Positions 19,976 through 30,193 of a DNA stretch of 64,000 nt are shown one piece after another. Position 1 is the first letter of the stretch; each line of letters opens with the position of its first letter. This stretch comes from a bacterium (GTDB lineage Bacteria; Zhuqueibacterota; QNDG01; JAFGCO01): contig JAFGCO010000011.1 of NCBI GenBank assembly GCA_016932575.1, forward strand, positions 10,851-74,850. The letters are read 5' to 3'. Both the position numbers and the translations under genes were made by a program. Under the pieces are notes generated by a model. That model made no database searches and had not been told where the DNA came from. It saw only the letters and a program-made list of their open reading frames with translations.

Positions 19976-20091
19976 ACCGAAGGCCATTTGTATAATTTAC
20001 GATACGATATTATAATAATACTTGCACTCGTTCATAAAATTCATTATTATTTTTTTAATCATAAGGATTGAAACCCCTTCCTGAAATAAAG

Positions 20092-20244
20092 ATGGCAGCT
20101 TTCCGGATATATACTATTAGGGACTATCAATGGAATTTATCATCGCATGCATCATTTGGAATCGGCATCGATTTAGGATATAATCTTGCAGCAGAAAACG
20201 GTTTTGGCATTATTCCCAAAGTGATTGTAACAATTGCAATGTAA
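20092..20244 (+). pseudogene. Possible remnant: 50-aa ORF resembling the terminal strands of an outer-membrane barrel
   Basis: MAAFRIYTIRDYQWNLSSHASFGIGIDLGYNLAAENGFGIIPKVIVTIAM, downstream of TTGCAC-N17-TATTAT (20022-20050). Confidence 0.3.
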
Positions 20245-20313
20245 GATATTTTTTAAACCTTTATAAATAACTTGGCCCGCTTCTCTCATTCATCTGAAGA
20301 AAGGAGACCTTTC

Positions 20314-20364
20314 ATGTTCTGTAAATATTGCGGAAAGGAAATTGAGGAAACCACTGTTATTTGA
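20314..20364 (+). pseudogene. Truncated zinc-ribbon protein start
   Basis: AAGGAG RBS, then MFCKYCGKEIEETTVI-stop. This is the first CxxC knuckle of a zinc_ribbon_2 motif; TGA falls where the third Cys is expected, with TAA two codons later. Confidence 0.5.
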
Positions 20365-20470
20365 CGATAAAATTCTCAGATTAAACCATCCGGGTTTTGG
20401 ACAGCACTGACCAATATAAACATCATATTTTCATCCCCAAAAGCCCTGGATCAAAACACAAGGAGGGCAT

Positions 20471-21196
20471 GTGATGACCAAAGAGACATCCAAAATCAGG
20501 GAAATGGTTTCATCACTAAAGGATTTTTTTATATTTCTGAGAGAAGCTGCCATTATTTCCATCTTTCTTTTAATTCTGTTTTTCCCCGTGTCATTCAATA
20601 CGGTTTTGTCGCGTGCCGGGTTTGTGGAGGGCAATATCGCTGGATTTACCTGGAGAAACCAGCTAAATAAAACAGACAAGACGCTTCAAAAAGCCAATGA
20701 AACAATACAGCAGCTGGAATCTGAACTGGCCGAATCCAATAAAATCATCCAGGAACTTACCGCCGAAGTCGATGCACAAAAGGCTGAAAAATTAAAAACA
20801 CAGACCATTAAAAACACACGCGTTTTAAAGGATGTCAAGAGTCGGGATGAAGCCATTCAGAAGACACTTCAGATGAATAAATCCATGCTCGAGCGGCAGC
20901 AATTCCAAATTCAGCCGATATCGGAATGGGGTGTTATCTCCGGCCCACACATGGACTTGCAGCATGCCAGGGTACAACAGGAGCAGGCACTCGAACGGGG
21001 ATTCGGACAAAGCCGGATTTATCAAAAACATCAGGAATACTGGAATGTGCTTCTGTTCCAGTCCGAAGAGAAAGCGCACGACATGCTCATGAAACTGGAG
21101 AGATCAGGGCTTCATGCCGACATGGTCAATCTGAATGAATTTTGTCCCCACGCCGGGCTGTCGCAGCAAAGGGATATCTGGATTTGTGAAGAATAA
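20471..21196 (+). CDS. Membrane-anchored coiled-coil protein with possible C-terminal SPOR-like domain
   Basis: One TM, heptad-rich middle, and WGVISG...A......L..GF..SRIY....YW.VL.F.SEEKA...L..L pattern; AGGAGG RBS. Confidence 0.55.
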   Translation: MMTKETSKIREMVSSLKDFFIFLREAAIISIFLLILFFPVSFNTVLSRAGFVEGNIAGFTWRNQLNKTDKTLQKANETIQQLESELAESNKIIQELTAEVDAQKAEKLKTQTIKNTRVLKDVKSRDEAIQKTLQMNKSMLERQQFQIQPISEWGVISGPHMDLQHARVQQEQALERGFGQSRIYQKHQEYWNVLLFQSEEKAHDMLMKLERSGLHADMVNLNEFCPHAGLSQQRDIWICEE

Positions 21197-21421
21197 TTTC
21201 CACTTGAGGACAGGACAAACCAAATTGATACCGGGTGGCCATGGACTCTGCTGGATCCGCAATCTGACAATCTGTCCGGCCAGACGAAAACGAATTCAGG
21301 AAAAAACGATCCGGAGATCAAATGAAGATCATCAGTTTGTCTTCACGTGAAACTTTGTTTCTCTTGAAACCGGGGGCAGGGTGCTGCTAAACAACCAATT
21401 CATGGAAAGAAAGGGATTCAT

Positions 21422-23401
21422 ATGAAAAAACTAACAAGCACATCATCGATGAGAATATCGGCTGTCGCAGTCGCTTTCATTGCCATAGTCCTCAATGCAT
21501 CCATAATGAACGAATCTGCTGATCTGGTGTTCATTAACGGAAAAATTATCACAGTCGACGAGGATGATCATATTGTTCAGGCGGTTGCAGTGAAAGACAG
21601 CCTGATTTATGCAGTGGGAACCACAACAGAAATCATGACGCTTGTCGGGGACTCAACGGAGGTGCGAAACCTCAAGGGCAAATGCATGACCCCCGGCATA
21701 ATCGATGCCCACACCCATCTTATGTATTATGGTCAGGGCGAGATTGATTATGTGAATTTGCGTCCCCCGGAAGTTCAAACCGTCGAAGATCTGGTCGCAA
21801 AAATTGAAGAACGTGTGAAAAGTATCGAACCCGGTGAATGGGTCATCGGAGACGGGTACTTTAAATTGGAGAAAATGCCGACGCGCTATGATCTGGATCC
21901 GGTGTCACCGGATAATCCTGTTTTTTTAAACAGTCTTGGCGGGCATTACGGCACCGCGAACAGCAAAGCACTGGAAATCGCCTGTATTGACTCCACCACT
22001 GAAGATCCTGTGGGGGGCATCATCCAAAGAGATTCAACCGGTGTCCCAAACGGATTATTCTGGAATCATCCGGCAATGGATATGGTCAGACAATATATTC
22101 CTCCGCTTGATGAAACCGTTTTAACAGAATGCGTCCTCTATGCCCAGGAGAAATATTTAAATTACGGGATTACCAGTTTTCAGGATGTAAACTGCAGAGG
22201 CATTTCCCGATTAATGGGTTACGTACATGCTGTGGATTCTTTAAAAATAAGAGGATACTTATCTTTCACGATTGAAAAGTCAAGAGACGCGGCTTTCAGT
22301 ATCGAGAATTTACAGCCCTATCAGGGCCCATGGCTGTCACTGATGAGTGATAAATTCCTGCTGGATGGTCAGCCGCCAACATCATTTACTTATGATCCGC
22401 ATTTGGGCCCCACCCATGATCTGCCCACATGGAATCCCGATACTTTAAAAAAGGTCGTGAAAGACCTGCATTGTGCCGGTCATCAAATCGCCATTCATGT
22501 GATGGGTGACGCTGCGATTGATCTGGCGCTCGATGCTATCGAAGAAGCATTGAATGATACGCCGAAACCCGACCACCGTCATCGTCTCGAGCATGTCATG
22601 ATACCCACAGAAGAAGCCATTCAGCGAATGGCACAATTGGGTGTTATTGCCTCACTGCAGCCTGCCGCCATTTATGCAAGCGGTGATTTCTATACAAAAA
22701 TCTGGGGTGCCGAGACTGCAAGGCGATTGAAACCTTTACGGTCTCTGCTGGATGCCGGAATTCATATCGCATTGGGAACCGATTATCCGACTGTTCCGCG
22801 TTTGCATCCGAAATATACTTTATGGGCCTGTCTTGCCCGAAGAACTTCAAGCGGCATCACAATCGCTCCTGAAGAGAGCATTACCATTCAGGAAGCCTTG
22901 CGCGCACATACCATGGGCTCGGCTTATGCCGCCTTTGAAGAGGATGTCAAAGGATCGATTGAAGTGGGTAAATATGCCGATATGACAATCTGGTCGGATG
23001 ATCTTTATTCGGTTCCGGTCAGCGAGATCCCGAATTTATGGATAAGGGGTGTGGTTGTCGGGGGAACTGTTTATGATAATGTGAATGCCTCTGTGGAAGA
23101 CAATAGAAAAGCAAATCTCCCTGAAAATATCCAATTATATTATAACTATCCCAATCCTTTTAATCCATCGACCAATATTGTTTATAATCTTGTAAAACCC
23201 GGGCATACAAGTTTAAAGATTTATAACGCTGTTGGACAATGTGTTCGAACTCTCGTGAATCATATCCAGTTGCCGGGTAAATATATTGTCACATGGGACA
23301 GCCTGGATAATGACGGGAAAAATGTCCCTTCAGGACAGTATTATTTTCAGCTGGCGCAGGGAGATCATATCATTATTAAAAAAGCACTTCTTCTAAAATA
23401 A
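21422..23401 (+). CDS. Amidohydrolase_3 (YtcJ-like) with signal peptide and YPNPFN (FlgD-Ig) C-terminal domain
   Basis: PGIIDAHTH, KFLLDG, AIHVMGD, HRLEH, LGTDYP, KGSIEVGKYAD; tail YNYPNPFNPST...KKALLLK. Confidence 0.9.
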   Translation: MKKLTSTSSMRISAVAVAFIAIVLNASIMNESADLVFINGKIITVDEDDHIVQAVAVKDSLIYAVGTTTEIMTLVGDSTEVRNLKGKCMTPGIIDAHTHLMYYGQGEIDYVNLRPPEVQTVEDLVAKIEERVKSIEPGEWVIGDGYFKLEKMPTRYDLDPVSPDNPVFLNSLGGHYGTANSKALEIACIDSTTEDPVGGIIQRDSTGVPNGLFWNHPAMDMVRQYIPPLDETVLTECVLYAQEKYLNYGITSFQDVNCRGISRLMGYVHAVDSLKIRGYLSFTIEKSRDAAFSIENLQPYQGPWLSLMSDKFLLDGQPPTSFTYDPHLGPTHDLPTWNPDTLKKVVKDLHCAGHQIAIHVMGDAAIDLALDAIEEALNDTPKPDHRHRLEHVMIPTEEAIQRMAQLGVIASLQPAAIYASGDFYTKIWGAETARRLKPLRSLLDAGIHIALGTDYPTVPRLHPKYTLWACLARRTSSGITIAPEESITIQEALRAHTMGSAYAAFEEDVKGSIEVGKYADMTIWSDDLYSVPVSEIPNLWIRGVVVGGTVYDNVNASVEDNRKANLPENIQLYYNYPNPFNPSTNIVYNLVKPGHTSLKIYNAVGQCVRTLVNHIQLPGKYIVTWDSLDNDGKNVPSGQYYFQLAQGDHIIIKKALLLK

Positions 23402-23452
23402 GAAAAATGTGGACGATAAAACACCGCAGAATATTTTGAAAGGAGGCTCTAA

Positions 23453-23788
23453 ATGTCAAAATTAATTAAGGTCAGCGTGGTCTTAATGCTGATCATGGCT
23501 TTATTCCGAATCTTTGCGAGCATTCAAATGGTTTTAAGCGGTGAGAAGGAATTGGATTCAGGCATTCTGTTCGCCCTCAATGCGATTGCCGTTATCGGTA
23601 TCACACTGGGAGCTTATCAAAAAGGAGAAAAATGGGCCTGGTGGACTTTGCTTGTCATTGTGATGACGCCCCCCATCTATTGCATTTTTGCCCACGGATG
23701 GCTGGCCTGGAATATTATCGGATTGGTACTGTCAACGCTCCCAATCGTCATACCGGCAAAGGCCATTCTTTGTTCAAAGCGAACCTGA
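23453..23788 (+). CDS. Small membrane protein (about 4 TM), unknown function
   Basis: AGGAGG RBS; hydrophobic segments; YQKGEKWAWW motif. Confidence 0.7.
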   Translation: MSKLIKVSVVLMLIMALFRIFASIQMVLSGEKELDSGILFALNAIAVIGITLGAYQKGEKWAWWTLLVIVMTPPIYCIFAHGWLAWNIIGLVLSTLPIVIPAKAILCSKRT

Positions 23789-23944
23789 CTCCTCCTGTTA
23801 TAAAGCGATAGGGACAAGACTGAATAAACGGACAACGAACTCACAATGGTTTTTCAGCACAACCCAGAGTTGAGTGACAAGCGGAAGCCGGTCCTGCGCA
23901 GCATGGCTCCTTAATTCCCCTGTCACCGGCATACATCCGGAAGC

Positions 23945-26056
23945 TTAATCAACTACAGTCACACTCTTCTCGAGCACAATCTCCTGCGATGACTTTCCGA
24001 TCATAATCGCAAACACGCCCGGCTCCACGGTCCAGTCTTTAAGATCCGGATGCCAGAATGCGAATGCATCTTTGCCAAGTTCAAAAAAGAGGGTTTGCCT
24101 CTCTCCGGGCTGAAGACAGACTTTCGCAAATGCCTTCAGCTCTTTTTCAGGACGGGGCAGCGAACATGCTTCATCCCTCACATAAAGCTGAACGGTTTCT
24201 GCGCCTTCCCTGCCTCCGATGTTTTTAATCTGCACAGAAACACGGACGGGTGTGTCTGTCTTGACTTGTACCTCCGGAATATCAAGATTGGTGTATTCAA
24301 ACTGTGTATACGACAATCCATGACCGAATGGATACAAGGGCGCAATTTTCTTGTGCTCATACCATCGGTATCCGATAAAAATATCTTCTTTATAATCCAC
24401 ATCATACACCGGATGTTCATACTCTTTCTCTCTGGGCCAGTCATGATAAAGCTGCTCACCCTCCGGGATGTATCCATACCCCGGCGAATCTTCAAACCGT
24501 TTCTCGATGGTAATGGGCAGTTTGCCTGAAGGATTGGTTTTGCCTGATAAAATTTCAGCTAACGCGACATTGCCGATCTGGCCTTTGTACCAGGTGTGCA
24601 AAATGGCGCCCGCCCGCGCCTGCCACGGGCTCATATTGATTCCACCTCCCGAATGCACAATCACGACAGATTTGGGATTATGATCAAGGCAATAAATGAT
24701 AAATTGATTGGTCGAATCTGGCAGATCAAAGGGTCTGTCCCATCCTTCACTGTCGCTGGTACCGGTATTGACAAGAACCATATCCGCCTCTTCTATCACT
24801 TTTTCAGTGGGATTGGGATCATAAATAATCTTGTCGCCGAATTCTCCTTTCAGGGCTTCGAGCACCGTAACCGTATTGTATCCTTCCACATATGCGGAAC
24901 CACCGCCCGTTGCGTTCTTCGTAACATATTCTCCTGTTATCAGAATCCGCCTTACGGTTTTTAACGGAATGGGAAGCATATCCTCGTTTTTCAGCAGTAC
25001 AATCCCTTCACGTGCAGTTTGCAGTGCAATTTTCTCATGTTCCGGAAATTGTTCATCATAGCTGTGATCCACCGGAAGCCGGTTATATATCCCCATAGCA
25101 AAAAGTGTTGTTAAAATGGAGGATGCCATACGATCGATATCAGATTCTTCGATTTTACCTGCATTCAGCAGGTCCTTTGCACCTTGAACCGCTTTGGGAC
25201 CTGGCATCTCAAGATCCTGGCCCGATTCGATCACTTTCTCTCCGTCCCAGACTGACCACCAGTCGGTCATGACCATCCATCTGAAACCGAGTTTATTACG
25301 GAGAACATCATGAATCACATCCCTGCTCTGTCCTGACCATTCCCCATTTACCAAATTATACGAGGTCATGACCGCCATGGCTCCGGCCTCAATACCTGCC
25401 CTGAATCCCTGTGTGTAGAGTTCATGCAGCGCACGTTCACTGACTACAGAATTGGACCTGCGTCGAAAAAAATCCGTATTATTTGCCACAAAATGTTTCA
25501 GCGTGCCGATCGTACCCGTGGACTGCAATCCTGAAATGTAGTTCCTGATCATTTGAGACACGAGAAAGGGATCTTCACCAAAATACTCGAAATTCCTTCC
25601 GCACTGGGAAATCCGGTACAGGTTGAGTCCCGGCCCCAAAAGCACGGACACACCTCCCAGGCGGCATTCCTCACCCACGGCTTTGGCATACTGATAAGCC
25701 AGTTCTGTGTTCCATGTGGCAGCCAGTAAAAGCGGACACGGAAATGCTGTCGATCTCTCCATGGGTTCAATTTCAAAGGTTTGATCCCGATATGTATTCC
25801 TGATATGCACACCCTGGGTGGCATCCGCCATGTACAGGTCGGGAAAACCAAACCGCTCCAGTCCATGAATAAAAAAATGATTGACTCCTCCGATTATGCT
25901 GAGCTTCTCATCAAGTGTCAGCTGCTGTACAATGGAATCTGCCCGCTCTGAAGCGGCCTCAAAAGAAACTGCGGGTGTAAATGATTTTTCCATGCTGAAT
26001 AGAGCTCCGGTTAAAATGGTTGATTGTAAAAACAGAATTTTCAAGAAATCTTTCAT
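23945..26056 (-). CDS. GH3 beta-glucosidase with Fn3-like C-terminal domain
   Basis: GRNFEYFGEDP, KHFVAN, VMTDW (nucleophile), LLKNE, PSGKLP, FGHGLSYT, KELKAF. ATG 26056 with AGGAG RBS and a signal peptide. Confidence 0.95.
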   Translation of the reverse strand: MKDFLKILFLQSTILTGALFSMEKSFTPAVSFEAASERADSIVQQLTLDEKLSIIGGVNHFFIHGLERFGFPDLYMADATQGVHIRNTYRDQTFEIEPMERSTAFPCPLLLAATWNTELAYQYAKAVGEECRLGGVSVLLGPGLNLYRISQCGRNFEYFGEDPFLVSQMIRNYISGLQSTGTIGTLKHFVANNTDFFRRRSNSVVSERALHELYTQGFRAGIEAGAMAVMTSYNLVNGEWSGQSRDVIHDVLRNKLGFRWMVMTDWWSVWDGEKVIESGQDLEMPGPKAVQGAKDLLNAGKIEESDIDRMASSILTTLFAMGIYNRLPVDHSYDEQFPEHEKIALQTAREGIVLLKNEDMLPIPLKTVRRILITGEYVTKNATGGGSAYVEGYNTVTVLEALKGEFGDKIIYDPNPTEKVIEEADMVLVNTGTSDSEGWDRPFDLPDSTNQFIIYCLDHNPKSVVIVHSGGGINMSPWQARAGAILHTWYKGQIGNVALAEILSGKTNPSGKLPITIEKRFEDSPGYGYIPEGEQLYHDWPREKEYEHPVYDVDYKEDIFIGYRWYEHKKIAPLYPFGHGLSYTQFEYTNLDIPEVQVKTDTPVRVSVQIKNIGGREGAETVQLYVRDEACSLPRPEKELKAFAKVCLQPGERQTLFFELGKDAFAFWHPDLKDWTVEPGVFAIMIGKSSQEIVLEKSVTVVD

Positions 26057-26355
26057 GGCATTCTCCTGCAATAATAACAGTTTTTTAAGATATGAATATT
26101 TTTTACCGGTTTCAAGCAAAAGGTAACAACCGGTTGGCCAATCCTGTAAATTTTATTTGGAATAATCACTAATGCCTGATTTAAAATATACTGGTTTTAA
26201 AAAAATAAATTCTTATCTTTTATAAAAAGGCGGCTTTGTTGATTATATGGTTTTCAAAACAAATAAAAGGCGATGTTTTTAAAGCAATAAGAGCAAACCC
26301 GGATAAGCTTTCGCAATGCCAATAAATTTACATCGATTCAAGAGGAGGTTCATAA

Positions 26356-27339
26356 ATGCAGTATAGAGAGCTCGGCCGTACAGGCTGGAAAGTATCCAGC
26401 ATCAGCTTTGGATCCTGGGCTATCGGCAGTGCCTGGGGACCTGTAAAAGATGAAGAATCCTTGGCAGCCCTGCACCGGGCTGTAGAACTTGGCGTTAACT
26501 TTTTTGATACAGCTGATGTTTACGGTGATGGCCGCAGCGAACGGCTGCTGGCTCAACTTCGCAGGGATCACGGTAAAACCTTTTATATTGCCACCAAGGC
26601 AGGACGAAGGCTGGATCCTCATCTCGCAGACGGCTATAACCGGGAAAACCTCACTGCGTTTGTAGAGCGCAGCCTAAAAAATCTGAATACAGAAACCATT
26701 GATTTGCTTCAGCTTCACTGCCCGCCGACCGATGTTTATTACAGACCTGAAGTATTCGGCATACTCGATGGTCTTATGAATGCAGGAAAAATCCGCTACT
26801 ATGGTGTGAGCGTGGAAAAAGTGGAAGAAGCGCTTAAAGCTATAGAATTTCCCAATGTGCAAACCGTGCAAATCATTTTTAATATATTCCGTCACCGTCC
26901 CGCAGAACTGCTTTTTGAGCAGACAAAAAAGCGAAAGGTGGGTATTCTAGCACGGGTGCCGTTGGCCTCCGGCATGCTGACAGGCAAGCTCAAACCGGAT
27001 ACCCTGTTCGCATCGGATGACCATCGTGCGTTTAACCGCTCAGGAGAAGCGTTTGATCGCGGAGAAACCTTTTCAGGAGTTGATTATGAAACGGGTCTCA
27101 AAGCAGTTGAAGAGCTGAAATCCGTTTGTCCACAGGGAATGAGTCTGGTACAGTTCGCCCTGCGCTGGATTCTGATGTCTGATGCTGTAACCTGCGCCAT
27201 TCCAGGTGCAAAGCGTGTGTCGCAGGTTGAGGAAAACCTGGCCGCAGCAGATCTTTCACCCCTATCTGAAGAGACCATGACACGGGTACGATCCATCTAT
27301 GAGCACCAAATCTCCGGATTTGTTCACCAATACTGGTAA
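26356..27339 (+). CDS. Aldo/keto reductase
   Basis: FFDTADVYGDGRSE, ATK, DLLQLH, PLASGMLTGK, IPGAK; GAGGAGG RBS. Confidence 0.95.
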   Translation: MQYRELGRTGWKVSSISFGSWAIGSAWGPVKDEESLAALHRAVELGVNFFDTADVYGDGRSERLLAQLRRDHGKTFYIATKAGRRLDPHLADGYNRENLTAFVERSLKNLNTETIDLLQLHCPPTDVYYRPEVFGILDGLMNAGKIRYYGVSVEKVEEALKAIEFPNVQTVQIIFNIFRHRPAELLFEQTKKRKVGILARVPLASGMLTGKLKPDTLFASDDHRAFNRSGEAFDRGETFSGVDYETGLKAVEELKSVCPQGMSLVQFALRWILMSDAVTCAIPGAKRVSQVEENLAAADLSPLSEETMTRVRSIYEHQISGFVHQYW

Positions 27340-27508
27340 ATTTGATTTTATGTGAAACAAGGAGAATAAAATATAAACTGCGCCATCTGTGAAACTCCAA
27401 ATTTTGTCAGCAATGGCCCGTTTTTAAATAATAATCAAATTTTAAAACCTGTTTCCTCAATACTTATGCAATGATTTAACATTTTTTCAGAAATTTTAAA
27501 GAGATTTC

Positions 27509-27537
27509 TTGAAATTTCAATAATTGCTCAATATATT
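27509..27537 (+). promoter_or_regulatory. sigma70-type promoter of the kinase/NtrC pair
   Basis: TTGAAA-N17-TATATT, 38 nt before ATG 27575. Confidence 0.5.
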
Positions 27538-27574
27538 GGAACTATATACAGTCCGAACGAAACAAGGTGTTTGC

Positions 27575-30193
27575 ATGCAAAATGCCAGTATCCTGATCGT
27601 TGAAGATGAAGTGATTATCGCCTATGATCTTCAGCAAAAGCTGCAAACGTTGGGTTATCAGGTTCCCGATATATGCACCTCTGGTGAAGAAGCTATAGAA
27701 AGCACAAACAAACATCTGCCGGATCTCATTCTTATGGATATCCGGCTTCATGGAAATATGTCAGGAATCGAAGCCGTCGAACAGATCCAAAAACAACACG
27801 ACATGCCCATCATATACCTGACTGCTCATACGGACACATCCACCCTTGAAAAAGCAAAGCATACACGGCCTGAGGGGTACCTTGTCAAGCCTATTGATGA
27901 CGAACAATCCATTTACGGCCCAATAGAAATCGCATTACACAAACATCAGATGGAAACCATTCTCAAGGAAAGGGAATCCTGGTTCGCTTCAACTCTGCAA
28001 AGCATTGAAGATGCAGTTATTACCATCGATCATCTGGGAAATATTACTGTAATGAATCCCAAAGCCCAAATGATGACAGGCTATTCAAAATCACCCTCTC
28101 CTGAACAAAGCATCGATGAAATTATCCCTCTGTCGTTAAATAAAAAATCCATATATATCTCCAGGTGGATGCAGGAAACCATCAAGACCGGTCAATCCAT
28201 CAATCTTCCGGATAACACACTCCTTCATAACCTGAATGGAACCGTTTTTAATATCGAAGGCACAATTACTCCAATCTTCTCACCAAAAAACGAGGTGTTG
28301 GGCGCGGTTTTTTCCTTTCGAAATATCACTGAAAGAAAAAAAATGGAAGACCGGCTTCGAATGACCCAGTATTCTCTGAATCATGTCGGTGAAGGCGCTT
28401 TCTGGATACGAAAGGATGCTACTTTTGCCGCTGTGAATGAAACCGCCTGTAAAATGCTGGCTTATACTCGTGAGAGATTACTTCAAAAAACAATTGTTGA
28501 CATAGACAGTAATCTAAGCTTGAAGCGTTGGAATTTATATTGGGAGACGTTAAAGGAAAAACAGCATCATATTTTCGAGACAACACTATTCACAAGAGAC
28601 GGCCGAAAATTGCCTGTGGAAATCATTGGCAACTATCTGGAATATAATGAGGTCGAATACAATTTTGCAATTGTCCGCGATATTACGGAAAGAATCATTA
28701 ATATAAAGGCACTGCAGGAAAGTAAACGAAAGCTCAGTTTATTCGCACGGAATTTCAGGGGGATCGCTTATCAGGTACAGGCCAAAGGCGAGCATGAATA
28801 TATTATTTCACATCTTGAAGGCGATCTGGAACGTATCACAGGTTATCCCTCTGAACTGTTTCACTCGGGAGAAATGCATTGGAATCAACTTATTCATCCG
28901 GATGATCTCGACAAAGTGCTTTCAGAAGACAAAAAGATGATCACCATATCAGACTATACAGCTGATAATGAATATCGGATCATTAAAAAGGATAAAAGTA
29001 TCCGTTGGGTCAGAGATATTGCCCGTATCATTGAAACGGAAAAGAATCTGATCTATCAAGGTTCGATTTTTGATATCACCGAACGTGTACAAGCGGAACA
29101 GGCGCTCAGAGAAAGTGAAGAAAAATATCGAAGTCTCGTCGAACTGGCAAGTGATGGCATTCTCATTGTTCATCAGGGATGGATTCGTTTCGCAAATAAC
29201 AGGCTAATCTCAATGTTCGATCTTCCGGCCAGCAAAGTGCTGAATACCCGATGGCTGGATCATGTTATTCCTGAAGACAAATCCATAGTAACAAAATACT
29301 TTAAAAATCAAATGCATAATAAAGAGATAACAGAAACCTTCGAGATTCAAATCTATCTTCGCAACAATCAAATACTGCCTGTCGAAATCAGTATGGGACA
29401 TATCCCATTCCATGAAGAAAAAGCATATTTGGTCTTTGTCCGTGATATTCGCGAACGGAAGAAAGCAGAATTGGCCATGCAGCAGGCCCAACGCACGTAT
29501 CATCTGGCTTCATTGGGAACTCTGGCTGCCGGCATTTCTCATGAAATCAATCAGCCGCTGACAGCGCTGAAAGTTAAAGTGGACGGCCTGCTCTATTGGG
29601 GAAAAGAAAATCCTGATATTTTACAAAGAAATTTAAAGAGCAATTTGCATTTTATCTCAGAGCAGGCAGAAGAAATCAATAAGATCATCAAACACATGCG
29701 CTCGCTTATCTATCAGGAAAAAGGTCCCTTAACCAAAATCCATATCAATCAGGTTATCCAAAAAGCCTGCCGTTTTGTGGAGCAGAGACTTTCCTCTCAT
29801 GGCATTGTTCTCAATCTCAGATTAACCCCGCGAGATCCAAGCGTTCTCGCCATTGAAACGCCTTTGGAACAGATTGTATTAAATCTCATCACCAACGCCC
29901 TTAACGCATTGAATCGTACCGATCTGAATGAGAAAATCATCGAAATACAGACACAGCGCAGGCATGGTTATTGTTTTATCCATGTCAGGGATAACGGCCC
30001 CGGCATCCCGGAAGACAACATGAACCGGATTTTTGATCCATTATTTACAACGGAAAAAAATGGAAAAGGCATGGGACTGGGCCTTGCCATTGTGGAAGAA
30101 TTGCTAAGACAATTCAAGGGATCTATTAAGGCAAAAAATCAGACAACAGGTGGCGCTCAAATGACCGTACAGATACCATTAATTAATGAATAA
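27575..30193 (+). CDS. Cytoplasmic sensor kinase REC-(PAS)x4-HisKA-HATPase
   Basis: REC (VEDE, LILMDI), four PAS/PAC units ending RNITERK, RDITER, DITER and RDIRERK; SHEINQPL, NALNAL, DNGPG, GMGLGL; no TM. Confidence 0.92.
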   Translation: MQNASILIVEDEVIIAYDLQQKLQTLGYQVPDICTSGEEAIESTNKHLPDLILMDIRLHGNMSGIEAVEQIQKQHDMPIIYLTAHTDTSTLEKAKHTRPEGYLVKPIDDEQSIYGPIEIALHKHQMETILKERESWFASTLQSIEDAVITIDHLGNITVMNPKAQMMTGYSKSPSPEQSIDEIIPLSLNKKSIYISRWMQETIKTGQSINLPDNTLLHNLNGTVFNIEGTITPIFSPKNEVLGAVFSFRNITERKKMEDRLRMTQYSLNHVGEGAFWIRKDATFAAVNETACKMLAYTRERLLQKTIVDIDSNLSLKRWNLYWETLKEKQHHIFETTLFTRDGRKLPVEIIGNYLEYNEVEYNFAIVRDITERIINIKALQESKRKLSLFARNFRGIAYQVQAKGEHEYIISHLEGDLERITGYPSELFHSGEMHWNQLIHPDDLDKVLSEDKKMITISDYTADNEYRIIKKDKSIRWVRDIARIIETEKNLIYQGSIFDITERVQAEQALRESEEKYRSLVELASDGILIVHQGWIRFANNRLISMFDLPASKVLNTRWLDHVIPEDKSIVTKYFKNQMHNKEITETFEIQIYLRNNQILPVEISMGHIPFHEEKAYLVFVRDIRERKKAELAMQQAQRTYHLASLGTLAAGISHEINQPLTALKVKVDGLLYWGKENPDILQRNLKSNLHFISEQAEEINKIIKHMRSLIYQEKGPLTKIHINQVIQKACRFVEQRLSSHGIVLNLRLTPRDPSVLAIETPLEQIVLNLITNALNALNRTDLNEKIIEIQTQRRHGYCFIHVRDNGPGIPEDNMNRIFDPLFTTEKNGKGMGLGLAIVEELLRQFKGSIKAKNQTTGGAQMTVQIPLINE

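Noticed and set aside
20362..20364. TGA at an expected Cys position as selenocysteine
   Set aside because: TAA follows two codons later, the fourth Cys is absent and no SECIS-like hairpin is evident.
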